The notes beneath the pieces are model-generated. The model searched no databases and was not told the origin of the DNA. It was given only the letters and a program-made list of their open reading frames with translations. Positions 23,014 through 36,536 of a stretch of 64,000 bases of DNA are shown here, piece by piece. The DNA comes from Octopus sinensis. Lineage: Eukaryota. The position numbers were made by a program, and so were the translations under genes. Each line of letters begins with the position of its first letter. Position 1 is the stretch's first letter. The stretch spans positions 88,784,001 through 88,848,000 of the forward strand of contig NC_043002.1 in assembly GCF_006345805.1 (NCBI RefSeq), read 5' to 3'.

Positions 23014-23727
23014 TGTTGAATAAAAATCATAATTAACTTATCCTCCTATGTTTTCTTTTATCCAAAGCCAAAAACTTTTCAGTACACCCACATATATCAC
23101 CAAGGCATTCCTTAAGTTTTTACTGATTCCCCAAAAAGTAGCATTCAATAAGGTGGGGGTGGATGGACCAACCTTATGCCTTTCACTTTAGTTCTGTTAG
23201 TGACGACAACAACAACAACAAAGCAAACACATACGCATTTCTTTACAAATGCCTCCACATACAAAGATCCACATGACCATAACATATTATTCTTTGCAAA
23301 GCTATCCAAATCTATAGCATAGTGTTATTTAGTTATGTCTTGTGATTTTTCATCAGTTCTGTAATGTTTGAAAGAAAACAACATATGATAGAAAGCTTTT
23401 AAATCTTGAATAAGAATGATGAACCCATTTTCAATGATTATATCTAATAGCATAATAGTGTGATTTTAATAAAAAGACATGTCAGGCTTTTTACTATAAT
23501 ATAGTTTTTACATATATGGGGCGGGGGTGTACATAGACATATATATACAAAAGCATCGGATCTTGTTTTATTTTAATTTCTGAGGATTAATTGTTGCAAA
23601 GATAAAAGCTTTTGAATAAAGGAAGCAAACAATGAATTCTCCCTTTGTATTCTTGGCAAGAGATTACAAAACCTTCACAATAACTCTCAAACATTTTTAT
23701 CATAGCCTTGTGCTGATTTTTTTTTTC

Positions 23728-23795
<68 letters not shown>

Positions 23796-24743
23796 ATGGG
23801 AGAGCAACGTAGGATTTGAGACTGCTAATAGCAATACAAGAATATTATCTTGCTGTCCAAAGCATTCACCATATACTAGCCTTGAAACCTTAAAGCCACC
23901 CTTCTGGTGGCATTCGGGCTAGCTCCTCAAGAGGGCATCTTTGAGGTCTTTGGGATCTATTTTGCAGTACTTTCATTGAGTTATATATGCTTCCAAATTC
24001 ACTCTGGTAATTAATTTACTTCATATTTCTAGACTTGAACCTCCGTTCGTACTAAGCAAGTGAAGTGTATGACTATCATAGCAATCATAATTTTTCCATC
24101 ACTTCACCATCTCCAAAAAAGTATTAAAATGAGATTGGGATAAAATTAATAGGATCCATTTAATCTCAATCTCATTCTATCTTCTATTATAAATCTTTAG
24201 GGGATACTCTAACCAGAACAGGAAGATTAGTTTTCCACCTAGACATAAGTTTCATAAACTACAAAATATAAATATCCACATGCCACACTTGAAATGTACC
24301 TGTTATAACTCTTTATCTCGATTTGAATGTACATGAAGGTATTTAGAATGCCCAAACTTATTTCTGAAAATGTACTAAGCACTGATGCTGATCATAGTTT
24401 AATCAATATGCATATGAGCGAGGTAAATGCAGTAAAAATAGGGGGGGGCAATGGGGCCCCATTTAAGCAGCCCTTCAGAAATTGAACCTTCTTATGATAC
24501 TCATTATACGAAAGTCATTGTCATTGCTCTGATTTGGTCACCAATGCCATGTATTTAGTTTTAAAAGGCAGTAAAAATGGGCGGAGGGTGCTTAAAAAAT
24601 AGACCCCCCTCCTGTAGGACATTCCCTGAGATTAGGGGAGTTGCTGGTTTGAGTTTCATTGTCCTTGCGCCAACAGTCTAGGAAGAGTTAATGAGCATAA
24701 AAACGTAATGGACAGAGAAACATCACTCAAATTTATTTAAAGA

Positions 24744-24869
<126 letters not shown>

Positions 24870-25132
24870 ATGTATATATGTGTGTATGTATGTTTGTATG
24901 TCTGTATTTGTCCCCCACCCACCCACCATATATATTCACATATGAAGTAAAAGCAACTCTAGTATAGTAAATATTGCTAAATACATATACTAATGTATAT
25001 GCCACCTGAAAATACAAAGCATATACAATAGTATATGTATTTAAATATATATATATATACATTCTTTTATTCTTTTATGTGTTTCGGCCAGGTGGCTGAA
25101 GTTATACTGGAGCACTACCGTATATATATATA

Positions 25133-25260
25133 TTCTTTTATTCTTTTAATCTTTGATCTGTTTCAGTTGTTTGACTGCAGCCATGCTGGAGCAGCACCTT
25201 CAGTCAAACAAATCGACCCCAGAACTTATTCTTTGTAAGCCTAGTACTTATTCTATCAGT
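25133..25260 (-). mobile_element. SINE family B, 3' half
   Basis: gtttcagttgtttgactgcagccatgctggagc...aatcgaccccagaacttattctttgtaagcctagtacttattctatc. Confidence 0.8.
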
Positions 25261-25539
25261 TACTTTAGTCTTTGATATGGGTACTGATGCGACCTTATCT
25301 TACACCAGCTGATGATCTGCCAATTCAATAGTGGTGGCCAAGAGGGTATATATATCCACTCATGATTACACGCGCACCTAAAACAATTTTGAAAGGCAAG
25401 GTATATGCAAACAAGTTATACTTATTCAGGAACTGCTTGACTAAAGCATCCACCACCACTAAAAAATTCCAAAATAGAAGATATAACATTTACACATTTT
25501 TTTACCATATTTGGAGATCTATATATTTTATCTATAATC

Positions 25540-25715
25540 TTTTACTTGTCTCAGTCATTGGACTGCAGCCATGATGTAGCACCACCTTATGGAATTTTAA
25601 TCAAACTAATCAACTCCAGTATTTATTTTCTTTTTAAGCCTTGTACTTATTCTGTTGATATCTTTTGCCAAACTGCTAAGCTATGGGGACATAAATACAC
25701 CAACACCAGTTATCA
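25540..25715 (-). mobile_element. SINE family B, diverged 3' half
   Basis: tttacttgtctcagtcattggactgcagccatg...ggggacataaatacaccaac. Confidence 0.7.
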
Positions 25716-27195
25716 GGTAGTGATGATGATCATAGTCTCCCTACTAATTCCAATTCCACATACTAGATTTGGATATTCCTCCAGCCACAGAAAAAATTCC
25801 ATAGAATAGAGAGGCAAGATTGTTAGAAAAAGATGAATCCACCACAATCTTGTTTTAATTTCTTGCTGGAATAAAAATCCCCATCAGAAAACTTAAATGT
25901 CATCATCCGCTATTGCTGTTGACACATTGCCATGACCATAATCTTCTACCTCCTGTTTTTTTTTCTTTCTTCTTCCCACTGTCATCACTACTATTATCAG
26001 TGCCATCATCATCATTGCCACATCATCATCATTAGCAGTAGTATCAGCATCAGCATCTTAACAGTTGTTTTACTGTTCTGACCTTGGACTAACAAATGGG
26101 TGACTCTTTCGTATTGTCCACTCTTGAGAAATGTCCCCTGATAAGTTCAGCTGATCAATAATTAATCCACACTTGGTCTGTCACTATCATTAAAGACATA
26201 TCTCTATATATCATACAAAAATAACTAAAATGTATTTCTGGCTCTGAATGTTCCATAAGTTGGCAGTAGGCCACTGATCTGATTTTGAAGAAATAAAAAC
26301 AAAAATGGCCTTCACTCTACTTGTCAGTTAATATACAAGATGCTGTTAATTAAGTGGAATAGTGTGTGCATGTATATGTATGTGAGCGTGTGTGTCTGTG
26401 CATGCGTGTTTGTGTATGTGTGCATGCATGTGCAAATGTGTGTCTGTGTGTGTGTAATCATATTTAAGTTTCCACCAGAGTGTGATCAAATCATAGTTGA
26501 CATTGCCAGGATCGTTTCATTTCACATTAGAAATATTCAGAGGCTAAAATCCCAAAATCTGAAGGAACTGATGATGGTGGCCCATGTTAGAAACAATGTG
26601 CCCAAAGCAGAGTCAGCATAATCATCACCATCACCATCATCAGCATCACATCATCATAATCATCACCATCATCATCGTCATCACCATCATCATCATCATC
26701 ATCATCATCACCACAACCACCACCAGCATCATTGCTGTTGTCATCATTATCATCATTATCATCGTCATATTATTGTCATCGATGTTGTCTGCTTTCCATG
26801 TCGGCACATGTTGGATCAGATGGAACAGTCTAAATCAGTTCATATTCAGTGCTAGCACTCTCCTACATCTCACGAGTACATTCCACGATTTTTTGGGGCA
26901 TCTTTTTTTATAGTTGAATGGCCTTCCTAACACCAACTACTTTACAAAGTGTACTTGTTGCATTTTATCATAGCAGTAACAAAAATGAGATTGTCTTGTT
27001 CTATGCTAGACTGAAAAATCCTCTTTACTCTGTGTTGTTTCCATTTGTTGACATCAAAGATGACCAAGAGGTGAACAGAAAAGAGAACATGTGTATGAAT
27101 GAAATTGGGTGAAACAGAGGATAATAAGAGAGAGAGTAATACTAGAGAAACAGTGACATCAACATGTTGATTTTGATATGGAGATTGAATGAATT

Positions 27196-27535
27196 ATCAT
27201 CATCATCATCATCATCATCATCGTTTAGCGTCCGTTTTTCATGCTGGCATGGGTTGGACGGTTTGACTGAGGACAGGCAAGCCAGGCGGCTGCACCAGGC
27301 TCCAATCTGATCTGGCAAGGTTTCTACAGCTTGATGCCCTTCCAAACGCCAACCACTCCGAGAGTGTAATGGGTGCTTTTTACATGCCACCAGCATGGGA
27401 GTCAGTCAGGGGCATAGGCATCAACCACGTTTAGATGGTGCTTTTTATGCGCCACTGGCACAGGAGCCAGTCAGGGGGCACTGGCATCGACCACATTCAC
27501 ATGATGCTTTTTTACATGCCACCAGCACGGGAGCC
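27196..27535 (-). mobile_element. GAT-tailed RTE 3' module
   Basis: (atc)n-gtttagcgtccg...gatgcccttcc...gccaaccactccgagagtgta, followed by atgccacc subrepeats. Confidence 0.85.
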
Positions 27536-28975
27536 AAAATAAAAAAAAATAACAGGAATAGTAACAATGATAAAGCGAGAGTTTGATAAGTTCAGTTGTT
27601 GAGAGAAGGGGAGAATTTAACATTTCTAACTCATACACTTCTTTGAGATCAAGAAAGGGAGAGAGTAAACAATGTTTTTTTAATGACTCCAGCTATAGTA
27701 TTAACACCTCTATCTTTCTCTTTCTTCCTCTTTCTCTCTCTTCCCCCCCTCTCTCTCTCCCTCTTTTCCAACCCTCAGATGATCTAACTGTGTTATAATT
27801 TTCACTCTTCATAGCAAACGAACATATGAAAGTCTTCAAAGAATTCTCTTGTAAACTAAAGAGATTTATAAGCAGTAAAATTTCTCAACCTTGTTTCTCT
27901 AAGTCAAGGGTTATCAGTTTTAATTCTTTCAACCCAACAGCTACAACTCAATCCTATCCACCAGACTTTCTCAGACATTCAGACATACAAATAAAAATCA
28001 AAGAGGTTTCAACTAACCAAAATAATTGAAGAAAAATTAGTGAAGCCACTCTTACCTTTGTTACCTTCCATGCCAGTGACGCATAAAAAGCACCATCTAA
28101 AAGTGGTTGATGCCTATGCCCCCCCGACTGACTCCTATGCTGGGTTTTTGTAATAATTTTTGTTTGCTTTTTGCTTCTATGTTAGTTTTTGTTTTTTGTA
28201 TATTTGTTTGTTTATTTTTGTATGTTTGTTTTTTTTTTTTGCTTTTTTAGGCCCTGGTACATCACACAATGATATACTTATCTCTTTCTTTCTCTCTCTC
28301 ACTCTCTCTCTCTCCCTCTCTCTCTCTCTCTCTGAGAGGTGGCATCTTCTTTAATTTCTAGTATCTTTGATTACATTAAGAATGTAATTCATCTCTTTGA
28401 AGTATTCTCCTTCTTTAACATCTCATCAGCCTATCTTATTTCTGCTTTTGTCATCTTTTTATCATAACAGACTCTATTTTTCTAAATTTACTGGCATTGA
28501 CATTTCCCACCTGATGCTACCACTGCATTATTATTTCCTTTAATCATCTCCTGTATTCTGCTTTACACCAAAAGCACCGAAGAGATGTTATCTCAGGATG
28601 AATACTGCAGTAACTGGCCTATTGACAGAGTATATATATTTAGTATGATACACAGACGATTACTAAACACAGAGTTTCTTTAACAACCTTCATCATTCTT
28701 GCTAAATCTGTAAAACTTGAAGCATTTTATTACCTTCCTTAAATTCATTCATCTCCCCAACACTGTTTTAAGTTTGAGAAAGTCATTATGAACAGGTATC
28801 GATAATGTCTGGCCTTTGGATAAATATTGTTTCTAATTTAGTCACAAAATGTTGGGAAGTGGCCAGTTGATTACATCAAGCTCAGTAACTTTGATCTACT
28901 GCCCTCAAAAGGATGACAAGCAAAGCTGACCTTTTCGTGATTTGAACTCAGAATGTAAAGAACTTAAAGAAATTC

Positions 28976-29390
28976 CGCAGGAGTGGCTGTGTGGTAAGTA
29001 GCTCGTTTACCAACCACATGGTTCCGGGTTCAGTCCCACTGCATGGCACCTTGGGCAAGTGTCTTCTACTATAGCCTTGGGCCGACCAAAGCCTTGTGAG
29101 TGGATTTGGTAGACGGAAACTGAAAGAAGCCCATCGTATATATGTATATATATATATATATATGCATGTGTGTGTGTATGTCTGTGTTTGTCCCCCTAGC
29201 ATTGCTTGACAACCGATGCTGGTGTGTTTATGTCCCCGTTACTTAGTGGTTCGGCAAAAGAGACCGATAGAATAAGTACTGGGCTTACAAAAGAATAAGT
29301 CCCGGGGTCAAGTTGCTCGATTAAAAGCAGTACTCCAGCATGGCCGCAGTAAAATGACTGAAACAAGTAAAAGAGTAAAGAGTAAAGAGT
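28976..29390 (+). mobile_element. SINE family B
   Basis: full head-to-tail match to the other family B copies. Confidence 0.9.
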
Positions 29391-29399
29391 AAGGCAAAC

Positions 29400-29870
29400 A
29401 GATTCTGCCAAACCACTGCCCCACCTACAGATATATATTAGTTTCAAATTTTGGTACAAGGCCAGCAATGTTGGAGAAAGGATTAAGTCGAATACATTGA
29501 CACCAGTGTCCAATTTGTACTTATTTTATCAACCCCAAAAGGATGAAAGGCCACTCTGACCCCCATTGGAACTTGAACATAAAGCATTCTAAGCATTTTT
29601 CCCAGCTTGTTAATGATTCTGCCAATTCACTGCCTCCTTACAGATATATATTGGTCTCAAATTGTAACACAAGGCCAGCATCATTCACAGGGAGAGGGTA
29701 AATCAATTACAATGATCCCATCATAGGGGTATTTATTTTATCAACCCCCAAAAGGATGACAGGCAAAGTCAACCTTGGTGGAATTTTAACTCAGAACATA
29801 AAGATGGACAAAATACCACTAGGCATTTTGCCTAGGGTGCTAACAATTCTGCCAGCTCATTGCCTTAGCC
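29400..29870 (-). mobile_element. Two tandem diverged SINE family C copies
   Basis: ttatcaacccc.aaaggatga.aggc...tt.aactcag/cat...aattctgcca twice; a further fragment at ~28820-28960. Confidence 0.7.
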
Positions 29871-30309
29871 TACAGATATATATATTTATAATAAGAAAAA
29901 GTCATCTTTATTGACTACAAAAGGCTTACACACAATAGTATTTCAGAACGTTTACCCATATTTATCAATTTAGCAAATGCATTGAATGATAATGATAATT
30001 GACAGTAAAGCATTAACAATGTATATAAACAAGAAAACTTAATCAACATAATTGACAAATAATATAGAAAAAAATCACCATGTGATAGCTTTTATTGCTG
30101 AACTAAAAACACTAACAGAAACCCTGAGGAACAAGAAAAATATCAATATACACAATATCTGAGTGCTGGTGTATCAAGTGATATTTTATATAAATAATCT
30201 ATCTCTGTGAAAATAATAATAAGCATAACCAAAATAACCAAATAAAAATAATAATTTGTTCAGGTTAGGATCAATATTATATTTGAAACAAGAGCTGATT
30301 ATCAGACGA

Positions 30310-30545
30310 CTAAATAGTACTAAAGATTGGTTTCAAATTTTGGCACAAGGCCAGCAATTTTGGATGGTGGGGAGAAATCAATTACATCAACCCCAGTACC
30401 CAGCTGGTACTTATTTTATTGATTTCGAAAGGATAAAAGATAAAGTCAACCTCTGCAGGATTTGAACTCAGAACATAAAGGCATACAAAATCCCATGAGT
30501 TATTTTGCCCAGTGTACTAACATTTATGCTAGCTTGCTGCCTTAT
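30310..30545 (-). mobile_element. Diverged SINE family C
   Basis: ctggtacttattttattg...aaagtcaacctctgcaggatttgaactcagaac. Confidence 0.65.
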
Positions 30546-31333
30546 TAGTATTAAATATCGTAAAGTATGTAGTCCAGTGCTACATTGTCTTCAGCATTTA
30601 AAAGAAAACTCGGGCTACCAAAGAAGCCTCTAAACGGTCACTTCAGTTGTTAGAAATAACAGCTAAATCTCCCTCAAATCACATCCTGCTGTCTCAAAAT
30701 GGAAGGATAGATTGAATATTAAGGCCCTAGATGACACTGCTGGAAAATATAGAAGTTGGATGGTTAGTTTGAATGCCTTAAAAAAGGCCTGTTTGATGAA
30801 AAATAATATGAGACTAAACAACAATTAACAAGCAACTATAAAATAAAAAGTAACAAAACAATCTAAATTACTTTGCACAATGATTATGAGGCTATTATGC
30901 TGGACTGCTGACCACATATGAGACAAGAAGATAACTTGTTGTAGTGGCTTAACTGCTAGAAATAGCAGTGAAATTTCTTTTGAATCACACCCAACCCATC
31001 TTAAAAAGTGCATCTAATACTATACTAGATAATATGTAGTTTACGGCATGGCTGTGTGGCTAAGAAGCTCACTTTGCAACCACAGGATTTCATGTTCAAT
31101 TCCATTGTGCAGCAGCTTGGGTGAGCATCATGTATTATTACCCTAGACTGATCAATGTCTTGTGAATGAATTTTGTAGAAGGAAACTATGTGGAAGCTAT
31201 ATATAATTTAACAAACACAATATATGTTTTTATGTGTTTCTATTAGTTTCATGTATTGAGAACATTGTTTTATAACACATCTGGTGTCCCAGCACAATCA
31301 TCAGACATTGCCCACATAGTATAATAAACAGTA

Positions 31334-31716
31334 GGCGCAGGAGTGGCTGTGTGGTAAGTAGCTTGCTAACCAACCACACAGTTGCGGGTTCAGTCCCACT
31401 GCGTGGCATCTTGGGCAAGTGTCTTCTACTATAGCCCCGGGCCGACCAATGCCTTGTGAGTGGATTTGGTAGACAGAAACTGAAAGAAGCCTGTCGTATA
31501 TATGTATATATATGTATATGTGTGTGTGTGTTTGTGTGTCTGTGTTTGTGTTTGTCCCCCTAGCATTGCTTGACAACCGATGCTGGTGTGTTTACATCCC
31601 CGTCACTTAGTGGTTCGGCAAAAAGAGACCGATAGAATAAGTACTAAAAAAAAAAAGGTGGTGCTCCAGCATGGCCGCAGTCAAATGACTGAAACAAGTA
31701 AAAGAGAAAAAAAAGA
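31334..31716 (+). mobile_element. SINE family B
   Basis: ggcgcaggagtggctgtgtgg...gaaacaagtaaaagag; a diverged 5' half also lies at ~31046-31198. Confidence 0.9.
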
Positions 31717-31789
31717 GTAAAGAGTACACTATATATATATATATATATATATATTTGCCACCTCACCTATAACCAGCAAGGCAGTTACA

Positions 31790-32280
31790 ATGGATTACAT
31801 TGTCATTAGCAAAGAAGATATACTACTAGCCATAGATGAGGTGGATGCAAACTCAACTGCTGGTCCTGATCGTTTTTCAGCAATCCTCTTCAAATCGTGT
31901 AAGCGTACCCTGGCAAAGGCTCTACAGATTCTCTTCCAGAGCTTTCTTGCAAATAGCAGGCTGCCAAGCAAACTGAAGGAGGAAATAATATGCCTAATCC
32001 ATAAAGGAGGAAGCAGAGCAGATGCCAAAAACTATAGGACTATCTCTCTGACTTCACACATCAGCAAAGTCATGGAACAGATAGTCAGAGTGAAACTAAT
32101 CGCATTCCTTGAAAAAAATGACTTGCTGAGTGATAACGAGCATGGCTTTCAACCAAGTAGGAGCTGTCTGACCCAGCTCTTACAGCACTATGACTGAGTT
32201 TTGAGGCAGTTACTTAACAACTCAAATGTGGACGTAATATACCTTGACCTTGCAAAAGCTTTTGATAAAGTGGATCGTTC
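31790..32280 (+). pseudogene. CR1/L2-group LINE RT N-terminal fragment
   Basis: NSTAGPDRF...HKGGSRADAKNYRTISLTSHISKVME...HGFQPSRSCLTQLL...*...VIYLDLAKAFDKVD. Confidence 0.85.
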
Positions 32281-32809
32281 AATGACAACATTAGTCACTT
32301 TGCTGAGTTCTCTTATCACCTATGGACATGCTTATCAAATCAAAAAATAGTGCAGCAACACCCATGACTTTTGGAAACATTGTCTCACACTGAGAATTGT
32401 CGTCAAAGTATTGTGGAGTGAACTGACCACACACACACACACACACCCGTATGTGACTGTCAGTGAACTGGACAAGTCTTATAAATAGATGAATCAGTAG
32501 ACAGTCAAGGTCTTGTTACATTACTTATTGTTATAGTTATATTTGGTACTGTGATATATTGCTACACACGCACACACACAAACACACACATCATATATCA
32601 TCACTGATGATATAACACAAAACATGGAATAAACTACACATGGGAGTTGTTAACTGTCAGGATATTGCATCCTTTGAAAATTCCATACTTCTTAAAACCT
32701 GCAAACGCTATGCCTGATATACCTACACACCCTTCCCTCTTTATGGCTCTCTTTTGCTGCTCCCTTTTATCTTCTCATGTTTTACCCTATGTATAATACA
32801 TGTACTTTT

Positions 32810-33313
32810 GAGAGCACCATTCGAGCGTGATCGTTGACAGAGCAGCTAATCGGCTTCCATGCCAGTGGCACATAAAAGGCACCATTTGAGTGTGATCGTT
32901 GCCAGCTTCGCCTTACTGGCACTTGTGCCCCGTGCTAGTAGGGTGCTAAGAGCACCATCTGAGTGTGATCATTGCCAGAGCAGTTAACTGGCTTCCATGC
33001 ACCATTCGAGCGGGATCATTACCAGCATCGCCTTACTGGCACCTGTGTCATTGGCATGTGTAAAAAATTCGAGCGAGGTCATTGCTAGTACCGCCTGACT
33101 GGCCCCCGTGCAGGTGGCACGTAAAAAGCACCCACTACACTCTTGGAGTGGTTGGCATTAGGAAGGGCATCCATCTGTAGAAACTCTGTCAGATTAAGAC
33201 TGGAGCCTTGTGCAGCCATCTGGCTCGCCAGCCCAGTCAAACCGTCCAACCCATGCTAGCATGGAAAGTGGACGTTAAACTACGATGATGATGATGATGA
33301 TGATGATGATGAT
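32810..33313 (+). mobile_element. GAT-tailed RTE 3' module with subrepeats
   Basis: gcaccatt.gag.gtgatc subrepeats, ggagtggttggcattaggaagggcatcc, ggacgttaaac(t)acgatgatg. Confidence 0.85.
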
Positions 33314-33731
33314 ACTCTTCTTTTTTACTCTTTTCCAACAAGCTGTAATGCATTTGAACACTATAAACAATAAGCACATAATTATTTATATTTTATTTTT
33401 TGTATGAAAATAAAACATAGGCTGCATTATTTCAGCTTATCTTGCAATAATTACAACAAATTTTAAAACTTGATTTGTATAAATTATTATAATTGTTTAT
33501 AATTAATATCTAAAATTATATGTTAGCATATTTTGTTTGTTTTTTTTTTTAATTTTTGTTTCCCAAGATTATTGATGTGAAACTAGGAGTTGGAATATAT
33601 AGTGTTGTATTCTGAAAGGTCACTTTTGTGAACAGAAAACAAATACACTGGTTCACATATTTATTATTATTAATTAATTAATTATATTTTGGAAGAACCA
33701 TATTACTGAAGTCTATGATTACATTCACAAC

Positions 33732-34139
33732 AGATCTTTTCGGTTTGAACAGCAGTTTTTTCTAGCGGTGTCATATGAAATTGTCACCCATAATTATGAC
33801 ACAAGTATCGATCTATTGCATTTCAATCTGTTTTAGGGTTAGGGTTAGGGGGGGTATCTTTTTTTCTTCACAAATGTAAATAAACCCAATCTGTTTCTTA
33901 AACGAGGGACATATTCATACGGCACAGAATGCTTTTTAACTCAATAGATGTCAGTGATTCGTTGAAATTGCAGAAATTGAAGAAAAAAAGCAACAAATAT
34001 CTTACAAACTATAGAATTTTCTTAATAAAGCCAAGAGAAAAAGATGTTTTATAAACACATTCTACCAGTATACGAAGTTTAAAATTTTTTAGTTACCTAG
34101 AAATTATGTTAAAAACTGCCGTTCAAACCGAAAAGATCC
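33732..34139. mobile_element. MITE with ~28-bp TIRs, 8-bp TSD and internal (TTAGGG)3
   Basis: gatcttttcggtttgaacagcagttttt / aaaaactgccgttcaaaccgaaaagatc; TTCACAAC at 33724-33731 and 34140-34147. Confidence 0.85.
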
Positions 34140-34384
34140 TTCACAACTGTTATTTGTTGGTATTCTTTCACTTTTCTTAAAAGACACAAGCGTGACAGTG
34201 TAATTAAGAAGCTCACTATGTAACCATGAAGTTTCAGGTTCAGTTCCACTGTGTGGCACCTTGGGCAGAGTGTCTTCTACTATAGACACTGGCCAACCAA
34301 TGCCTTGTGAGTGAAATTGGTAGGTGAAAACATTGTGGAAGCCCATACACTCTGTTTTCTGTATCAATCATTTAGAATATGTAT

Positions 34385-34582
34385 ATCATCATCATCATCA
34401 TCATCATCATTGTTTAACGTCCACCTTCCATGCTGGCATGGGTGGTATGGTTTGACCGGAGCTGACCAGGCAGAAGCCTGCACCAGACATCTGTAACTAT
34501 TTTGGCAGAATATTTACAGCCGGATGCCTTTCCTAACACCAATGACTAAGCAGAGTGGACTTAGTGCTTTTTATGTGGCATG
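34385..34582 (-). mobile_element. Diverged GAT-tailed RTE 3' module
   Basis: (atc)n-tgtttaacgtccacc...ggatgcctttcctaacaccaa; a diverged SINE B 5' half precedes it at ~34186-34345. Confidence 0.75.
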
Positions 34583-34658
34583 GTTTCCTTTCATTATAAT
34601 TTTATTTCAACTCCCTTAATACCAGGCTTCCTCCAGAGGCCAAGAATAGCAAGGGCAC

Positions 34659-34691
<33 letters not shown>

Positions 34692-34708
34692 GATTATTAT
34701 TATTATTA

Positions 34709-34920
34709 AAGTGGTGAGCTGGCAGAATCGTTAGCACACAGGCTTAACAGCATTCTGTCCGTCTTGACATTCTGAGTTCAAATTCTGCCAAGTTTGACTT
34801 TACTTTTCATCCTTTCAGAGTCAATAAAATAAATACCAGTTGAACACTGGGGTGGGGGTCAATATAATTGACGTAACCCCTCCCCCAGACCTGCTGGCCT
34901 TGTGCCAAAATTTGAAACAA
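34709..34920 (+). mobile_element. SINE family C
   Basis: ggtgagctggcagaatcgttagc...ttctgagttcaaattc...ttttcatcctttc; preceded by (TTA)n. Confidence 0.8.
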
Positions 34921-34997
34921 CTTTATTATCATCATCATCATTATCATTTTTATCATTACTATAATCATTATTATTATTATTATTACTATTATTATTA

Positions 34998-35050
<53 letters not shown>

Positions 35051-35595
35051 GAGTGAGAGAGCAGTGCATGCCATCAGAGTGACACTGGGGTAAAATATAC
35101 GAAGCCCCGTATACCCATCATGACTACCCGTCTGATAAGGGTACACCAGGCACATGCATCACAACCATATGTGCATGACTTGTTGATCTCATATCAAGAT
35201 AAACAGTGTATGACCTTGCAGGTGGGGCCCAGTTAGAATTTTCTTCAGGTTGAGTAGCCCATCCCACTCAAAAGGTACCTGAATAAGGATTGTTTAAGGA
35301 TGTTGAATGAACCACCTATGTTTCCACAGATGAATTATCCAAACCTCCAAGAAGTCCTTTCAACACACGGCTATGATGCTCCCCCAATACTTCTGCTTCT
35401 GATCAGAGATGCACATATCATCAGCCACTAAGGGACATGGTCAACTGGTTAAGGTCAAACAACTGACAAGCAAATCTGTGGTATTGAACAGATTATATTT
35501 GCTGTAGCCAATCTTTTATACCAAGACAAAACAATGTACATGATAACACTTCCAATCAGTTAAGATCAGAAGCCATGTGAGCCACTGTTTGGTAC
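35051..35595. mobile_element. ~545-bp non-coding element bracketed by (TAT)n
   Basis: sharp transitions from pure TAT repeat to complex sequence at both ends; no ORF; family unassigned. Confidence 0.5.
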
Positions 35596-35613
35596 TATTA
35601 TTATTATTATTAT

Positions 35614-36124
35614 CATTCTATGTTTGACTTTTGCTTTACATTTTTACAAGTTGGCTCCAAGTCTCACCCAGAAACCTCAAGAGACAACAAGTTGGAAGTT
35701 CATGTTGATGATATGCCTAGGGTGCCATATATTTGGTTTTGTACTTAGTGTTGTACTAGTGAATGTCTAAAAAAACCATACGAAAACTATGTTTGTTTTA
35801 AAACTTGAGATTACATAGAAAGTATTTTGTGTACAATATGAGCAGTTCCCATGAGCACTATCTTTTGAATTTCTGCCAATTTTGGGTTACCTGGTATTTG
35901 AGTTAGGTAGCAATCAGCCCCTTTTGCTATCATTCCCAGGGCACCTATGACAACAGGTATTGTTTTAGTCTTCAGGTTCCACATTTTGCTGATTTCTATT
36001 TCAAGATCTTTATATTTGCTCAGTTTTTGGTAGGTCTTTACAGATACATTTATATCGATTGGGACAGTCATATCAATGAGAGGCATGTTTTTTGTCTGAA
36101 GTCTTTCGATATGATGCCTGGCCT
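35614..36124 (-). pseudogene. 5'-truncated R4/Dong-clade LINE (restriction-like endonuclease C-terminus and 3' UTR) in (TAA)n
   Basis: NRPGIISKDFRQKTCL/LIDMTVPIDINVSVKTYQKLSKYKDLEIEISKMW...IPVVIGALG...IQKIVLMGTAHI; (AAT)n at 35596-35613 and 36125-36304. Confidence 0.8.
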
Positions 36125-36147
36125 ATTATTATAATTATTATTATTAC

Positions 36148-36196
<49 letters not shown>

Positions 36197-36210
36197 ATTA
36201 TTATTATTAA

Positions 36211-36304
<94 letters not shown>

Positions 36305-36306
<2 letters not shown>

Positions 36307-36495
36307 GGCAATGAGCTGGCAGAATACTTAGTAACATTTCATCTATCATTATGTTCTAAGTTCAAATTCGACTGAGGATCAATGAAATAAATACCAGTTA
36401 GTGCTAGGTTTGATGTAATCAACTAGGCTGCTCCCCAGAAATTTCATGCCTTCTGCCTACAGCAGAAAGGATGGTCATCATTATTATTGTTATTA

Positions 36496-36536
<41 letters not shown>

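Larger units (their letters stand above)
21998..23092 (+). mobile_element. Mariner-derived MITE interrupted by a Helitron block
   Basis: imperfect TIRs tgagggtgggtattgagaagttcctagct / agccaaaaacttttcagtacacccaca, TA at 23093; removing 22139-23013 restores GLEKLKDCCNKSVNLRWEYVE*, a mariner transposase C-terminus. Confidence 0.7.

Noticed and set aside
25300-25350. CTGATGA followed by a weak hairpin
   Set aside because: No GAAA or stem III, so too degenerate to call.
33833-33850. Telomere or interstitial telomeric array
   Set aside because: Only three units, and they are internal to a MITE.
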